From: Hydrolagus colliei | Lineage: Eukaryota | Direction of reading: 5' to 3' | DNA length: 64,000 nt | Assembly (NCBI GenBank): GCA_035084275.1 | Contig: CM068742.1 | Location: 66,030,001-66,094,000 of the forward strand | In this document: positions 26,633 through 40,245 of the stretch, piece after piece | Layout: each line of letters starts with the position of its first letter | Position numbering within the stretch: the first letter of the stretch is position 1 | Program-made: the position numbers and the translations under genes | The notes under the pieces: generated by a model | What the model saw: only the letters and a program-made list of their open reading frames with translations | Database searches by the model: none | Told to the model about the DNA's origin: nothing

Positions 26633-27706
26633 AGTCTAGCAGGGTTGGTCACAGGTGGGTTGATTAGCTAACTTTTATAAACAGGAAAAATATGGCCCTT
26701 GTAAAGACTTGGAATTACTCTAAATTTGTACATCAATCATTTTAAGCCTCCTGCGTGTGTATTGAGATTTAGTTTTCATTGACTGCAGTGAAGCGTGTGA
26801 GGAATGTAAGCAAATTTGTGCAGGCACAAGAAAGATCTTATATCTTCTGAGAGAGAACTGCATATTGCTGTGGATCTTTGGTTCTATCTATTCTCAGTCA
26901 ATACATTCTACATCGCCTTACTTTGCAAAACAAATCGAAACCCATTTCAATAACCAGTTCTTTTAAACCATCATAGAGTGTGCCTGCTCGAATCACAAAC
27001 ATATTGTACTCTATAAATGTTTCTTTCTCTCTGTCTGATTTCTCTTTAAATTAATCTCTGTGTGAAAACCCGACCTTGATTGCTATCTGTCTGGAAGTCG
27101 TCTGAAAGCCAAGTATGAATGACTGAATTACTAAAAACGTTTTTTTAATGCGAATCGGTGCGAGTGAGGGTGGGGCTGGAATGAGAGAAGGCTGAAATCT
27201 TTCCACTTGAACTTAACAGAAGACCCTTTGCAACCAAGTCATTTTCTTCAGTGGAAGCTTTTTACCTGATGCAAAGAAGAGATTAGGACAATTGTGAACA
27301 TAAACTCCCTGCTGCAGCTGGAATTCCTATCAATGTTTTTTTGTGAATTCTGTAAAGGACTCAGCGAAACAAACCAAAGCATGAGAGAACATCTCTTTCA
27401 GCTTAATGCAACTATAGTGTGGATTTGTGTCAACCTGCTGATTGCTGATGCCAGATGGGTGAAGTGCTATGACCTATGTCTGCTCCTGCCTTCAGCTCAT
27501 TCGCTTGCATTTTCCACATGTTGTGCACACCATCAAAACTGTGTCCTCCCTATTCTAATGCCAGAGGCACAATCACCATATGCTGCACAGGAGGAATATG
27601 TGCACATATTCACATGTGCTCCCACTCAAAAACGGATAAAGTGGCATCCTCAACCTTCCCCTAAAAAATATTTTCAGTCATCAGAGTGTCTGACACATGT
27701 AGACAC

Positions 27707-28537
27707 TAGGGTCCGTCGATATGGAAATTTTCCGATTTAGATATATCGATGGGCTCATAACGAGATATATTGAAATATCAAAATTTTCTTTTTTTTTCAC
27801 TGCGCATGTGCGCGTGGTGCGCGCATTCGGGGTGCCCGCGTATTCGGGGTGCGCACGTATTTGAGGCCTATCTCCTCAGGAGGTAAATATATTTCTCTCT
27901 CTGTGTCTCTCACACTCATTCTCTCCATTTCTGTGTTTTTCTGTCTGTGTCTATGTGTCTCTCTCCTCTCTCACATCCCCCCCATCTCTATCTATCTGTA
28001 TATTATCACATCCACCCCGTCTCTCCCTTCAACCCCCCCTCGCTGCCATCCCTCTCTCCTCCCCACCGCCCCCGCCGCTGTCCCTCTCTCCCAACATCCC
28101 CCCGCCGTCTCTCTCCCCCACCACCACGCCCAGCCGTCTCTTTCCCCCTCCACTTCCCCCCCCTGCCATCTCTCTCTCCCTCCCCCCCCCCAGCCATCTC
28201 TCTCCCCCTCCTCCCCAGCCGTCTATCTCCCCCTCCCCCCACCCAGCCGTCTCTCTCCATCTCTACCCCCCCACCACAGCCGTCTCTCTCCCCTCACATA
28301 CCTGTATATTGTATTCTCGGACTATGAATACAATATTGCGGCTTTGCACCTCGGTCTGTGCATTGTGTATTATGATGAGCATTCTGGGTCTTGTAGTTCA
28401 TTGTCTGCGCATTCCGATATTTTACCTCGATATATCGATTTTGCGATATATCGATATTTTTGAAATGCCTATATCGGCGTATCGATATGAAAATTATATC
28501 GGGTTTTAGCGATATATCGATATATCGCCGTACCCTA
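27707..28537 (+). mobile_element. hAT non-autonomous element, copy 1
   Basis: TIRs tagggtccgtcgatat / atatcgccgtacccta; 8-bp TSD gtagacac / gtagatac (7/8); internal C-rich minisatellite at about 28010-28295. Confidence 0.92.
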
Positions 28538-29342
28538 GTAGATACCCATCCATCACCATGTGTGGGAGTATCAAAAAAAAAATGAGAGTTCTATGCATCC
28601 CACCTAGACATGGACATTCCAGAGTTGTTTATTGGAATGGAATATGCGCTCTCTCACTAAAGGGATGCTTCCTACTTTCTTACTTCCAAAAAGCATTAGG
28701 CTCAGGTTGGCAAGAACCAAGGCTTGGGGACCGAGAGTGTGCGTTTGGATACTGCTGGAATCTAAACATCTAAAACCTCATAGCTTATCATTGACTGCAG
28801 TGTCTGGTAAGCTTTCCTGCTTGTCCAGCTATGATTACCCTACCCATTAGTGCTTTTGCAGAATTAATGGAAGCTGAGTGGGAAGAGTCCCTTGGTTTTC
28901 TCATTCCATTGCCGAATATGTCACCTTTGAGCCAGTGCAGCACTGAGGAGACCTCACTCTTTTCCCCCGCCGACAAGAACCAAAACTGTAACGTCTATTA
29001 CAGTGGCTCTCTACATGTCTACTGTTGGCCTAGATTAAAGCTTGTGTTACAGTATTCACCTGTATGTGGGGGAAAGGGAGAGAAAGGGAAGTCAAACAAG
29101 GAAGAGAGGAATGTGAAATGGGCGATAGATTTGAAATCAAACCACCTCAAAAATTTAATCTTTTTCCTGTATATATTAGAAGTTAATATTCTTCTTTTAA
29201 AAAAAAGCCTGTTAGCCTCGGAACCATGGACAATTAGGTGGGAGGACATCTATTAGTGCTTAAAGGGACAATCTGCACTGTACAACTGCGGGAATTTGGA
29301 CTGCACCTTGGAGCACCATTGTGGGGGCATGGGATTTACAAT

Positions 29343-29680
29343 GGAGGGCTGTAGCTCAGTGGTTAGAGCACTCGCCTCACAAGCATGAGACCTGTGTTCG
29401 AATCCAGGCAGGTCAGGGTGAAACCTTGGGCAAGTTTCCTTACTCCACACTCCTAATAATAATCCCTCCAAAAAAATCACAATAATAAAATTGGTCATTT
29501 CAATCCATGACTGTTTGTGGGACACTGCTGTGCGCAATTGGCTGCTGCGCGCAATTGGTTGCTGCGTTTCATCCACAAATATACAGTCAATTTACATTAA
29601 AGTATATTCTGTGAAGTGCTTTGAGACATCTAGAAGACATCAAAAAGCTTTACCAAATTCAAGGATTATTATTATTATTA
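29343..29680 (+). mobile_element. Full-length young SINE with intact Pol III boxes
   Basis: gtagctcagtggttagagc (A box), gttcgaatcc (B box), short tandem duplication of gcgcaattggctgc, (tta)n tail. Confidence 0.9.
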
Positions 29681-31335
29681 GATCCTTTACTCCTCCCTTA
29701 AATTGCTTATCTTCCTCAGTGGAGGCAAATGGGAAGATTTCTCCACTGGTCCACTATTCATGGTTTCAGGTGAGGAGAGGCTGAGTCAAAGAGGCATAAT
29801 ATTATGGTTGTTAGGCTTAATATTATGGCCAACAATGATAAATAAAATACCACAAGGTAAAAGACCCATCAAGTCCATTCCTGAGTGTGTGAGGGAGATG
29901 AGGTTGTAATCTGAAAACGAGGATAACACCTTCTAATGAATTTAGAAACAACTTCAATGTTTTCTTAGAATTTTTTTTATTCTGGCAGTTCGGAGATGCA
30001 ACACATTGTATTTTGGCACTAGTGTTGACATTAAGCACTCTGTATCAGACTATAAGAAGGTATTGCAGAGTAAAGCTGCATTTATTCTTCCCAAACAATA
30101 TAGCTTAATTCCCAGCTCGGTACCATTTCCAAATGCTATGTGCTCCACTTTCCTTTCTGAATTAGACTGACACGTTGATACTTAATAACTTGTCCTCCTC
30201 AGGGACTGAGTGAGCTTGTCTCATTAATAGCAATATTTGATAAGGTGGATATTGATGGACTGTTTTCACTTGTTGGTGAGCCCAATACAAGACAAATATA
30301 ACAACTTGCATTTATAAAGTACCCTTCACACTAGGTAGCATCCTGGAACACCTGACATCTAGCTTGGGGAGGGACGAGGTGACTGTAAGCACAGTCTAAA
30401 AGGAAGGTCTTTCGGAAGGATTTGAAAGGGGAGAGTTCAAGGCGGAGGGAATGAGGGAGTGCTTTGGGGCATAGTGGGTGAAGGCACAGCCATCGATGGT
30501 AGAAACATCTTGTACTGGATCTAAGAGGAGGTTTACGAAGAACTTCTTCACACAGAAAGTGGCGAGAATGTGAAACTTGCCGCTGAAAGCTGTGGTTGAA
30601 AGTTATGGCATCAGCATATTTAAGATAAAACATGATGTATACATGAGGAATAGAGTGGTGTAGGTTTGGAAAATTTGAGTGGTGGGACTTGCAGAGTCTG
30701 TTACAAATTGGACCGAATTATCTGTTTCCTCATCAAATCACTCCTATTTATCTAGGTTACTTGCCGATCACAAATAGAGAAGGGTGAATGTTATTGGTCT
30801 GGACTACATTCAGTACCAGGTCCTGTGAGAGGAAGTCTCAGTAAATTAATTTGTTACAACACTCAGCCTCCTAAGTAAACGTCCTTAAGTAAATCTGTTC
30901 AATTTCAAAGAAAGTGAATTGAAATACAGTCAGTGTAAATGTTAATCAGTACAATAACATTTACATTTATATAACTTCTCTCACATCAGCGGTCCTTTGA
31001 AAGTTTAAAGATAGTACAGATAGAATAAGACATTGGGACTTGAGCACACAGTGCAGACTTACAATCCAGTGCAATCAGTACTGGACCAGCACTGATTGAT
31101 GAGAGATTAAACTGAGTGCCTATCTGCTTGCACACATGAAGATCAAAGATCCCATGACACTGCTTGAAGAGAATGGACTATTTCCTAGTTCAGCAGTTCT
31201 TCAAGTGAATTTGTCATGCATCTTGTGGCCCTGTGAGGGGATTGACCACCAAGTTTGCCTAGAAAAAATCACAACATGTGACAATACTAACTGTGAAGTT
31301 CTTTGAAATATTTTGACCTTACGTTTAATTGTCAT

Positions 31336-31782
31336 TGTCAGCCAAGCTCAGTGGTAGCATTCTCCCTTGAGTCAGATGTTTGTAGATTCAAGACTCACGT
31401 CGGGACTTGGAATTATAAATAGCCTGAACTGACACTCCATTTTAGAGCTGAGGGTGTGTGGCTTTCTTGGACATGCTATCCTTTGGATGAAATGTTAAAC
31501 CAAGGTCCTGTTTGCCTGTTGAGGTGGATGTTAAAGATCTCATGGCACTGTTCGAAAAGAGAAGGGAGTTTCTCATGGTGTACTGGCCAGCAAATCCTTG
31601 AAATAAGATTTGTCACTCACTCCATTCCTGTTGTGTAACATTGTTATGTACAAATAGTCTACTGCATTGCGCCAACAAAATACACAGTCTATCCCACTTT
31701 ACATTATATCTTGGGAAGCACTTTGGAGCCTCTCCATGACATGATAAGGTGCTACATCAAATGCAAAGATTATTATTATATT
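31336..31782 (+). mobile_element. Older Deu-SINE (SacSINE1/LmeSINE1-like)
   Basis: tRNA-like head, then ggatgaaatgttaaaccaaggtcctg...ggtggatgttaaagatctcatggcact, which I recognise as the Deu domain, and an L2-like tail. Confidence 0.78.
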
Positions 31783-32194
31783 ATTGCCATTGGCCTTAAA
31801 GTGTTTGTTATTAGTCCTTATGCATAAAATGTATCTTGTTTTTGCCTTATTCTGGATTTAATTTTAGAGTGAAAACTTTATTTCATCGATGCTTAATGTG
31901 ATTAATGGAGCCATGTACAATATGTGATTGTTTTGTATGCTCAAAAAAAATTACAGTTGTCATTGTCATATGTTGAAAAGTCATCCACCACATTGCACCA
32001 AATAAAAATAAAATAAAAATGAAAGGAGTTTGCATCTGAAACATTGGGGAAGAGTGCTGCACAGCGAGGCTGGGAGTGGAGTCTAACATCAGTGCCTGAG
32101 ACTCTGATTAAAAGCCAGTCGTTAATTGGGAAACTTTTAAGCCCATTTCTTGGTTTAGTAATGTGTTCCAGAGTAAGGCTGAGTGATGAATAAA

Positions 32195-32620
32195 TAATAA
32201 TCATCATAATAATAACCCTTGCATTTGATGTAGTGTCTTTCATGTCCGGATGATCGTTCAAAGACTCTTCACGGGATTCACTGTAAAGTGCATTGACTGT
32301 GGCTTGTAGATACACAGCTCATTTGCACTAAGTAACATCCCACAAACAGTGATTCATCAGTTTAATTTACTTAATTTGTTGACTAGTACACCGGAACAAA
32401 CAATTTTTTCTAAAATAGTGCAACATGATCTTTCACATCCACTTGAGAAAGCAGACAGTTTAATGTCTCACCTGAAGGTCAGCACCTCCAACCACACTTT
32501 GCAGTCCCAGCACTGCAATGAAGCATCCGCCTGAGTGAATTCAAATTCGACATTGAGGCTTGATCCCATAACCTCGGATTTGGAGGGGGGAGTGCTATCG
32601 ACTGAGCCAGGTTGACACAC
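32195..32620 (-). mobile_element. Older Deu-SINE, antisense
   Basis: Reverse-strand tail, Deu segment and head (gtgctatcgactgagccaggttgacac). Confidence 0.68.
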
Positions 32621-33435
32621 ATGCATATTTTATGGAATATATAAACACTTGGACGTTTTCAAATATTAAATGCTTGGCTGGTAACGTTATCAGGGAATAA
32701 AGAAAAAGGCAATATATTGAATAGCTCAATATATTACACCTATTTCACATATTTGGTATTGCGCCATGAAGAATGCATTACTGGGTGAAAAACAGAGCTT
32801 TTTGTAACAGACATGGGTGATAATGATCAAATTTATATAAATGTTAGATAAAGCCAGGTAGTCACAGAAAGCAAAAGCCCCCTATCTCTCATTCCTTCCC
32901 CATTCCCCCCATTCTTTTATTCTCCCCCAAATATACACAACCAAGTCATTTTAGAATAATTCCTGTGAAGCGCTTTGAGATGTCTCGATGATATGATAAG
33001 GCTCCATTTTAATTGTAAGATTTTATGTGTTATCATTATCCTCACATGTAGTACAGTGGTTTATACCAAAGCACCTGAAGCTTTCTGGAACTTTATGGAG
33101 CGTGGTGCTTCAGCATGACTTGAAAGGTTTCCAGCCTTATATTTAAAACTTGCCTTTCACCATGGGAGAATGTCCCAAGACGCTGGACAATCAGGGTTAT
33201 TTGGACCCAAGCAGGGCATTGGGATCAGAAGGGGTGGAGGCCAGTGAGGGTGGGGGTAGGAGGGTGGCCAAATAACTCAACCTTCCTAAAGGCTCCTATT
33301 TTGAAAGTTGTATTTTATAAGAGCAGATTGGATTCCAAATCTTCCCACAAAATAAAATGAACACCTGATATGGTCCATTTGAATCAATGATCAGAACAAG
33401 ATTGCAAAGCAACCCAAGTCAGTCTGACTATCTAG

Positions 33436-33888
33436 TAGGGTCCGTCGATATGGAAATTTTCCGATTTAGATATATCAATGGGCTCATATCGAGATATACT
33501 GAAATATCGATATTTTCGGGGTTTTCGTACAGCGCATGCGCACATGATGCGTGCGCATTCGGGGTGCGCGCGCATTCGGGGCCTATCTCCTCAGGAGGTA
33601 AATATCTTTCTCTCTCTGTGTCTCTCACACTCACTTTCTCCATCTCTGTGTTTTTCTGTCTGTGTCTCTGTGTCTCTCTCCTCTCTCACACCCCCCCCCC
33701 CAACTCTATCTATCTGTATATTATTGTGTATAGAGATGAGCATTCTGGGTCTTGTAGTTCAGTGTGCGCACATTCCAATTTTTTCCCTCGATGTATCGAC
33801 TTTTTCAATATATCGATATTTTTGAAATGCCTATATCAGTGTATCGATATGAAAATTATATCGGGTTTTAGCGATATATCGATATATC
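33436..33888 (+). mobile_element. hAT non-autonomous element, copy 2 (no minisatellite, right TIR deleted)
   Basis: Left TIR identical to copy 1, preceded by ctatctag. The right end reads gatatatc|tag and lacks gccgtacccta. Confidence 0.88.
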
Positions 33889-36435
33889 TAGTCGAGCTGA
33901 TTGTGCAATAGGCTCACTGCATGAATCTTCATAATGGTCTGAGAAGCTGATTTTCCAATCACAAGTAATTTTACTGATCTTGTGGCATGAGCTTTGAAAG
34001 GGATTATTCCATTTCATACTGGAGCCTCCAAGGTTGGTGTTTTTCCTGCCAGAAGAGAATCGGTTGCCAGGTACAGTATTATGCCCTTTGCTGGATAGGA
34101 TTCTATCTTACTCTAATTCCCACATATATCTAATTCAACAGAATTATTTCCTGGGTGGTGGGAACCAGGGCATTGTGTCTTGTGGTGAGTATCCTTGTTC
34201 CCAATTTTAGCTTCAAATAAAACTCACGGTGCTTCTGGGTGGCTTCTGTTACAAGAAGAAAAGAAAACAGGAGGAGATGAAGCCCATTCAGACCATGAAG
34301 CCTGTTCCACTGTTTATTAAGATCTTTTAATCTTTTAAACATAGTTAACACCGCTAGTACCCAGTTCTGTACAGTATTTGTCTATGTCTTGTTTAAACAT
34401 CCCTATTGGTTCTGCCTGTACCCATTGACAACAGGTGGCTAGGGCTAAATAAAGCGGGCTCAACACTCCCGCCCCCCCCCCGCCCCAAATCAAATCCATA
34501 ACTCATCTGAAGGCGAGGTGAGTTATAGCAATAGATGGCCACTACCACCTCCCTCCTCCTGAGTGTGCAGGCTCCATGCCACCTTCAAAGATTGTATCCC
34601 CCACCCTCCGCACCGTCACATACTCAGATCCTTCCTGTGATATATTTACTGTATTTCAGTAGCAAACCAACATTGTTCTTTTGTGACGAGTAATTATGTT
34701 GGTGTGTTTGGTATTTAGCAACATGATGTATATAAGTTGTTACATTTAAGCAGATGCTCAGAGTCCCCTAGAGAATCAGTCGTTTTGCTACCAGCAGAGG
34801 TAGCTCAGCTTCCTTCAAACAAATCATAGAAACCATTACTGCAAACCAGTACCACACGAGCTTTGGCAAATTCGATTTCTCTTTAGATGGGTGGTCGTGG
34901 CATTCACCTTAACACCATTAAAACTCTTTGACATTTAGTTTTGTTCATATTGAGAAATTGTTTTCACCTGCTGAATAACGTCTGTCCATCCTTAGTTGCA
35001 AGTCCTAGGATTGGGCAGTCCAAATATGCTGTCGCTTACATATAACACAAACACATCGGAATATGAGTGTTTCATTCAGATTATAAAGCAGCTTGTTTTC
35101 AGGGTATGGTATATTTGCTTCTTTAATCTCTTCTATTTTCTTTAACTGTCAACATCAAACATTTACAGAAATTTTATGTTGACATTGATTGTCACATGTT
35201 AGGAATAAAGCTGTTATTTTCATTTTTGTTAAGACGACATCAATGATTGCTTTGATTTGGCGTTAGGAATTGTTGTTTATGATGGATTACCGTTGTCAGT
35301 TGCATCAAGTAGAAAATATGTTTTTGTGAAAAAGAAAGTTGTCTTTACTTTTTAGGCAAATATAATTCGGGTCTCATTTTGGAATTTTCCCATATAGCCT
35401 TTTCCATGACTTTCCACCACTTCCTGTTTTTCTTGCTAGCTGTAATATGCAACGTTAGATTTATCAATATTCATAAAATTGGTCGCTCACCTCATGGCTG
35501 CTTGTAAGACACTGCTGTGTGCAATGGGCTGCCACATTTCACTGACAAAATATACAGTCAATCCACTTTACTGTATATTCTGTGAAGCACTTTGAGACAT
35601 CTCAACAATGTGATAAGGCACTATATCAAATTATTATTATTAATGTTATCATCAGCAATGGGCTAGTTGTTCTCACTATATGAGTACTTTTCCCTTAAAC
35701 TGATTACAACTAATTAAAACCTAATTACACTCATCTTCATTCTCAACTCCTGAAACATTAGAATAGGTCCAACCTAGATCTGACTTTTAGAGATTTTCAA
35801 AGAAGACTTTCCCTTTAAGAACATTCTTTTGCCATGTTTTAGAATCATCCTTTCTCAATTATTGAAGTTTAGTTGCTTTTATTGGGGTATATTTATTTCT
35901 CTGTCTGTTGTGCCAACATGTAGGGAATCATCTAAGAATGAACTATGCCATTAGGAAGGATAGGTCATACTTAAATTCTTCATTCCTTCATACCTTCCAT
36001 CTACCATCAATGGCTGAGCATTAAGCCACTAAGCGTCCGCTCTGAAACTCGCCCCCAAACCCCTTCACCTTGCTCCCTTTCTCCCTGCCCTCAAACTGCT
36101 CTTAAAATTTCATTGACCATGCAGTTAATCAATATCCCTGAATTACTTCTCTCCTCCTTGCTTGGTGCTTCCTATTGTTTCCTTGAAGGATCTGTAGATG
36201 GTCCAACAGTTAAGTGCTGTGATATAAGTCCCAAGTTATTGTTATTGTTGAATTGCTCCTCTCATTAGTAACAGATCAACATCGGTGATATCAAAGGAGA
36301 GATACCCCAACCCCACCCCTGGTTACAATGCAGAATAACAGGGGAAACTTTGGAGAATTTGGGTCTAAAATAATCATGCGTTAAGAATTCATAATGCCCA
36401 GTGCAATCAACAGCAACAAATTCAGACTGACCCTT

Positions 36436-36466
<31 letters not shown>

Positions 36467-37743
36467 TTACATTTATATAGCGCCTTTCACGTCGGGAGGA
36501 CATCCCAAGGTGCTAAACAAGAGGCGTGTGACCCGAGCTGAGAGGGGAGTGTTTGGGAAGGGGTGAAACACGAAGGGGAGGTAAAAGAGTTCGGGGTGGA
36601 ACAAAAGGCACGATCGAAGAGGAAAGTCTTCAAATCGGCCTTGAAAGAGGAAAGGGAAGAGGCGAAACGGAGGGATTGAGGGATGGCATTCCATAAGGTG
36701 GGAGCGGAGAAACTGAAGGCCCGGCCTCCGATGGTAGGGCGGTTCGGGCGGGGGTCTTGGAGCAGGCCAAGTCCTATTGAACGGAGGGTCCGGGTGGGCG
36801 TGTAGGGGGAGAGTAGATCGGTTAGGTAGGATGGGGCAAGACCGTGCAAGGCCTTGTAGGTGAGGACGAGGATCTTAAATTCGATCCTCTGGAGGATGGG
36901 GAGCCAGTGGAGACGGGCGAGGGTTGGGGTTATGTGGTCACGGAGGCGGGTGCGGGATAGTACATGGGCTGCAGAGTTTTGGATGGCCTGCAGCCTGTGA
37001 ATGGAGGAACTTGGGAGGCCGATTAGGAGAGAATTTCCGTAATCCAGCCGTGAGGTGATGTACGCGTGCACGAGTGTTTCGGCAGCGCGGGGGGTAAGAT
37101 AGTTGCGGAGCCTGGCAATGTTGCGCAGATGGAAATAGGCGGTGCCAGTCAAGGCGCGGATGTGGGGGAGGAAGGAAAGTTTTTGATCGAACATGATGCC
37201 AAGGTTCCTGATTGGCTTTGTGAGGTGGAGAGTACAGCCTTGGATGTTGAGGCTGGCAGCGCCCGATGTGCGGAGGCGCTGGCTTGAGCCAATCAGGAGG
37301 GCCTTGGTCTTATTCACGTTCAATTGCAAAAAGTTGTCCCTCGTCCACGATTCGATGTCGGACAGATATGCTGTCAGAACATCGATCGTCTGGGGGTTGA
37401 GGGATGAGGCAGAAAGGTACAACTGGGTGTCATCCGCATACATGTGGAAATTTACCCCATGTCTGCGGATGACGTCGCCCAGGGGGAGCGTGTAAAGGGT
37501 GAAAAGAAGGGGACCGAGGACAGAGCCCTGAGGGACGCCGTGGGAAACTGTGCGGGGGTTTGAAGAAAAGCCATTGGAAGAACCAAAATGTAAACGATGG
37601 GTCAAATAAGATTGGAACCAGTCAAGGACTGTGCCTTGAAGGTTGAGGTGGGAGGAAAGACGTTGGAGGAGGATGGTGTGATCGACTGTGTCGAACGCAG
37701 CAGACAGGTCAAGGAGGACGAGGAGGCAGAGGGAGCCCTGGTT
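36436..37743 (-). mobile_element. Young L2 LINE (subfamily A), 5'-truncated, with uninterrupted RT and C-terminal frame
   Basis: ORF 36487-37851 contains [34 protein letters not shown] and LHWLP with no stops; long (GTT)n tail. Confidence 0.96.
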
Positions 37744-40245
37744 CATTATCAATGTTGAATATTGAGTGAGAGTATTGCTTTCTTCCCTTAGTAAGGCTGA
37801 AGCTGAACAAACAGACTGTAATTGGTAGTTGTGCAGGAGGTGCCAAAACACATAATTTAAGATTAATTAAATGTCCAGCCACATATTAGGCTGTTTTCAT
37901 ATTTTGTCCAGACTGAAGCCCTCTGAGAGAATGCTGCAAATGAATTGATGGATTAATGTGGATTTCAGTACATGAAAATGATCCTATTGAGCTCAGTGGT
38001 AAATTGCATTTTTGCCAATATGCTGCTTAACTTGCAATAAATTGTTGGGTAGATTTCACAGAATTAGTATTCTGTGTGGAACTTTGTGTTATTACAGAGC
38101 ACTTGCTGGTTTTGTTTATTTAGAGGATGCTGTCTTGCCCAAGTGATTTGCCTGTAAGGTTAATACAACGGGTGATGCTATTTCGTGTACAGAATACACT
38201 GAGTGCTTTTAATATCCAGAGCGAGCTTTTCTACCCTTTAAAATTTGTCTGCTTAACTTATAAACTATCAATAAGAAGGACGTTTGATCAGTATCAGCAA
38301 TGTTGTCTCACAAACCTGTTTCTCTCAAGAAACCTGCATTAAGCAGACAGATACAGTAAGCCTACAAATAAAATAAGCAGACACATACAGCAAACAGTCA
38401 CGTACAGTAAGCAGACATGCACAGTAAGCAGACACATGTAGTTAGAAGACACATACAGATATTTATAGTAGCCAGACAAATAAGGTAAGAACACTGTAGA
38501 ATTTAAGGAACACCGGGATTTCTGTAGAATAATCTGTAATCATTTAGATCACATAGAATGCTAGCAATTTACAGCACAGAAGAAGGTAATTCAGCCCATT
38601 GTGTCATCCTGGCACACAGTGCTGTTTCTGATATCCTGTAAGATGTTTATCATGGATTAAAATTGCTTCTTTTTTGAGTTATGAAATCTTGACTTTCCAC
38701 GTTTCTCCTAATCGCATTTCTACGTTGCCATCTCCCTTTCTGGCCCTTGCTCCTGAGGTTCTCCATACCACATTCTTTGTGGTAGCCACTCTGGAAAGCT
38801 TTCCGATGAGAGTCTGCTCTTTCTTCCCATGACTGTACTCGGGTCTGTTCTAGCAAGTGCTTCTTTATTTGAGACCTGTCACGGCATTTCATGATCTGTA
38901 ATCTCTAGATAAGATGGCTGAGCTGCTGTCCTCTGTTTTCCCAACACTCAAGCTTTCTTTTTCATGCTGCAGGATGGTTAACCTGATACAGTTTATACTC
39001 TGTGCCCTACTTTGATGAGGATTTTCTTTCATCTCTTTGTGTTGCTAAGGGCTTCAAATGTTTCAGCTGTCTTCAGCAGTGTAGTAATCCAGTCTAGGTT
39101 TAAAGACTCAACCACTTGGAAACAGAGGGGTGTTTGTGGAATAATCTTAATGGATTCTTAATCTGGACATCCAGGACTTTGATCCGCTGGAAGGCTGCTT
39201 CAACTGAAGTGTATGTTTGCTGAATTCCACCAAATTAGTAAAAAAAAAGCAAATGGGGAGGTCAGAAGAATTTTTTCATACAATTGAGGCAACATTCATA
39301 TTGATCTTCAAGAGGGAATGAGAAAAGAGTCAGCTGTAGGGGTATGAGGAAAGGCCAGGTCAGTGGGACAGAAATAATGCACAGGCCCGATAGGTTGAAT
39401 GGCTTTCTTCTGTGCCATAATCCCTCCCACCCCACTAATTCTCACTGGATTTCTTAATGAATAAGTCTGTTAAGAAAAAGTGGCTTAATAGTGGGTTTAT
39501 TTAGCCTGGATCACCTCAAACAGCCAAGTCCATTGTCTAGGATGATGTGATAGAAAGATACAAATGTGATAATTCTTGCATTTGATTTAGAAAATGTCAT
39601 GGCAGGAGGACGTCTCAAAGTGCTTTGCAGGATTTTACAGTAAAGCACCGTGGGGTGCTACCTTGGATGAGGCGCACTATATAAATGCAACATAAAAACT
39701 GTAGTCACTGGAAACATGCAGCAGGGCAGGCAGCATCTATATAGAAAGCTCAATGGAGACTATGAAGGCAGCCTCTCTTCATCAATGCTACTTGATCTGC
39801 TGAATGTTCCCAGCGACTTTTGTTTTTATTTCAGATTTCCAGCATCTGCAGTATTTTGCGTTTTGCTATATAAATGCAATTGTTGTTGATGGTGCTGATT
39901 ACGTAAGTGAAACATGGTTGAACGCATTGATAATCAGTTGAGAGTATGAACACCCCAAACCTTCTGATTTTAGCTCAATAGTTGGGATGTTTACAAGTTG
40001 GAGACAATGCCTTGTGTATCACTACTTTAACTCTACCTGAGGAGTGACATTGTCTGTATGAGGATACAGTTGAATGCCAATTTAATTTGCACAGGCTTAC
40101 TGTTGAATTCCTTCTGACGTGATTGGGACGTCCTCCTGACATGAAAGGCGCTATACAAGTGTAATTTTGTTGTTGTTATATTTATGTCCTTCCATCTTTA
40201 TACTGATGCATCTGAATAACAAACAGGTCTATTTTTCTCTTGTAG

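Noticed and set aside
29343-29410. tRNA gene candidates (also 6100, 10941, 18573, 48417)
   Set aside because: A and B boxes are present, but I see no complete cloverleaf or acceptor stem, and each continues into the SINE body.
1-40245. Nested gene or retrogene in the long intron
   Set aside because: No ORF with recognisable non-TE homology and no spliceable exon chain found by eye. Very short exons or ncRNAs cannot be excluded without searches.
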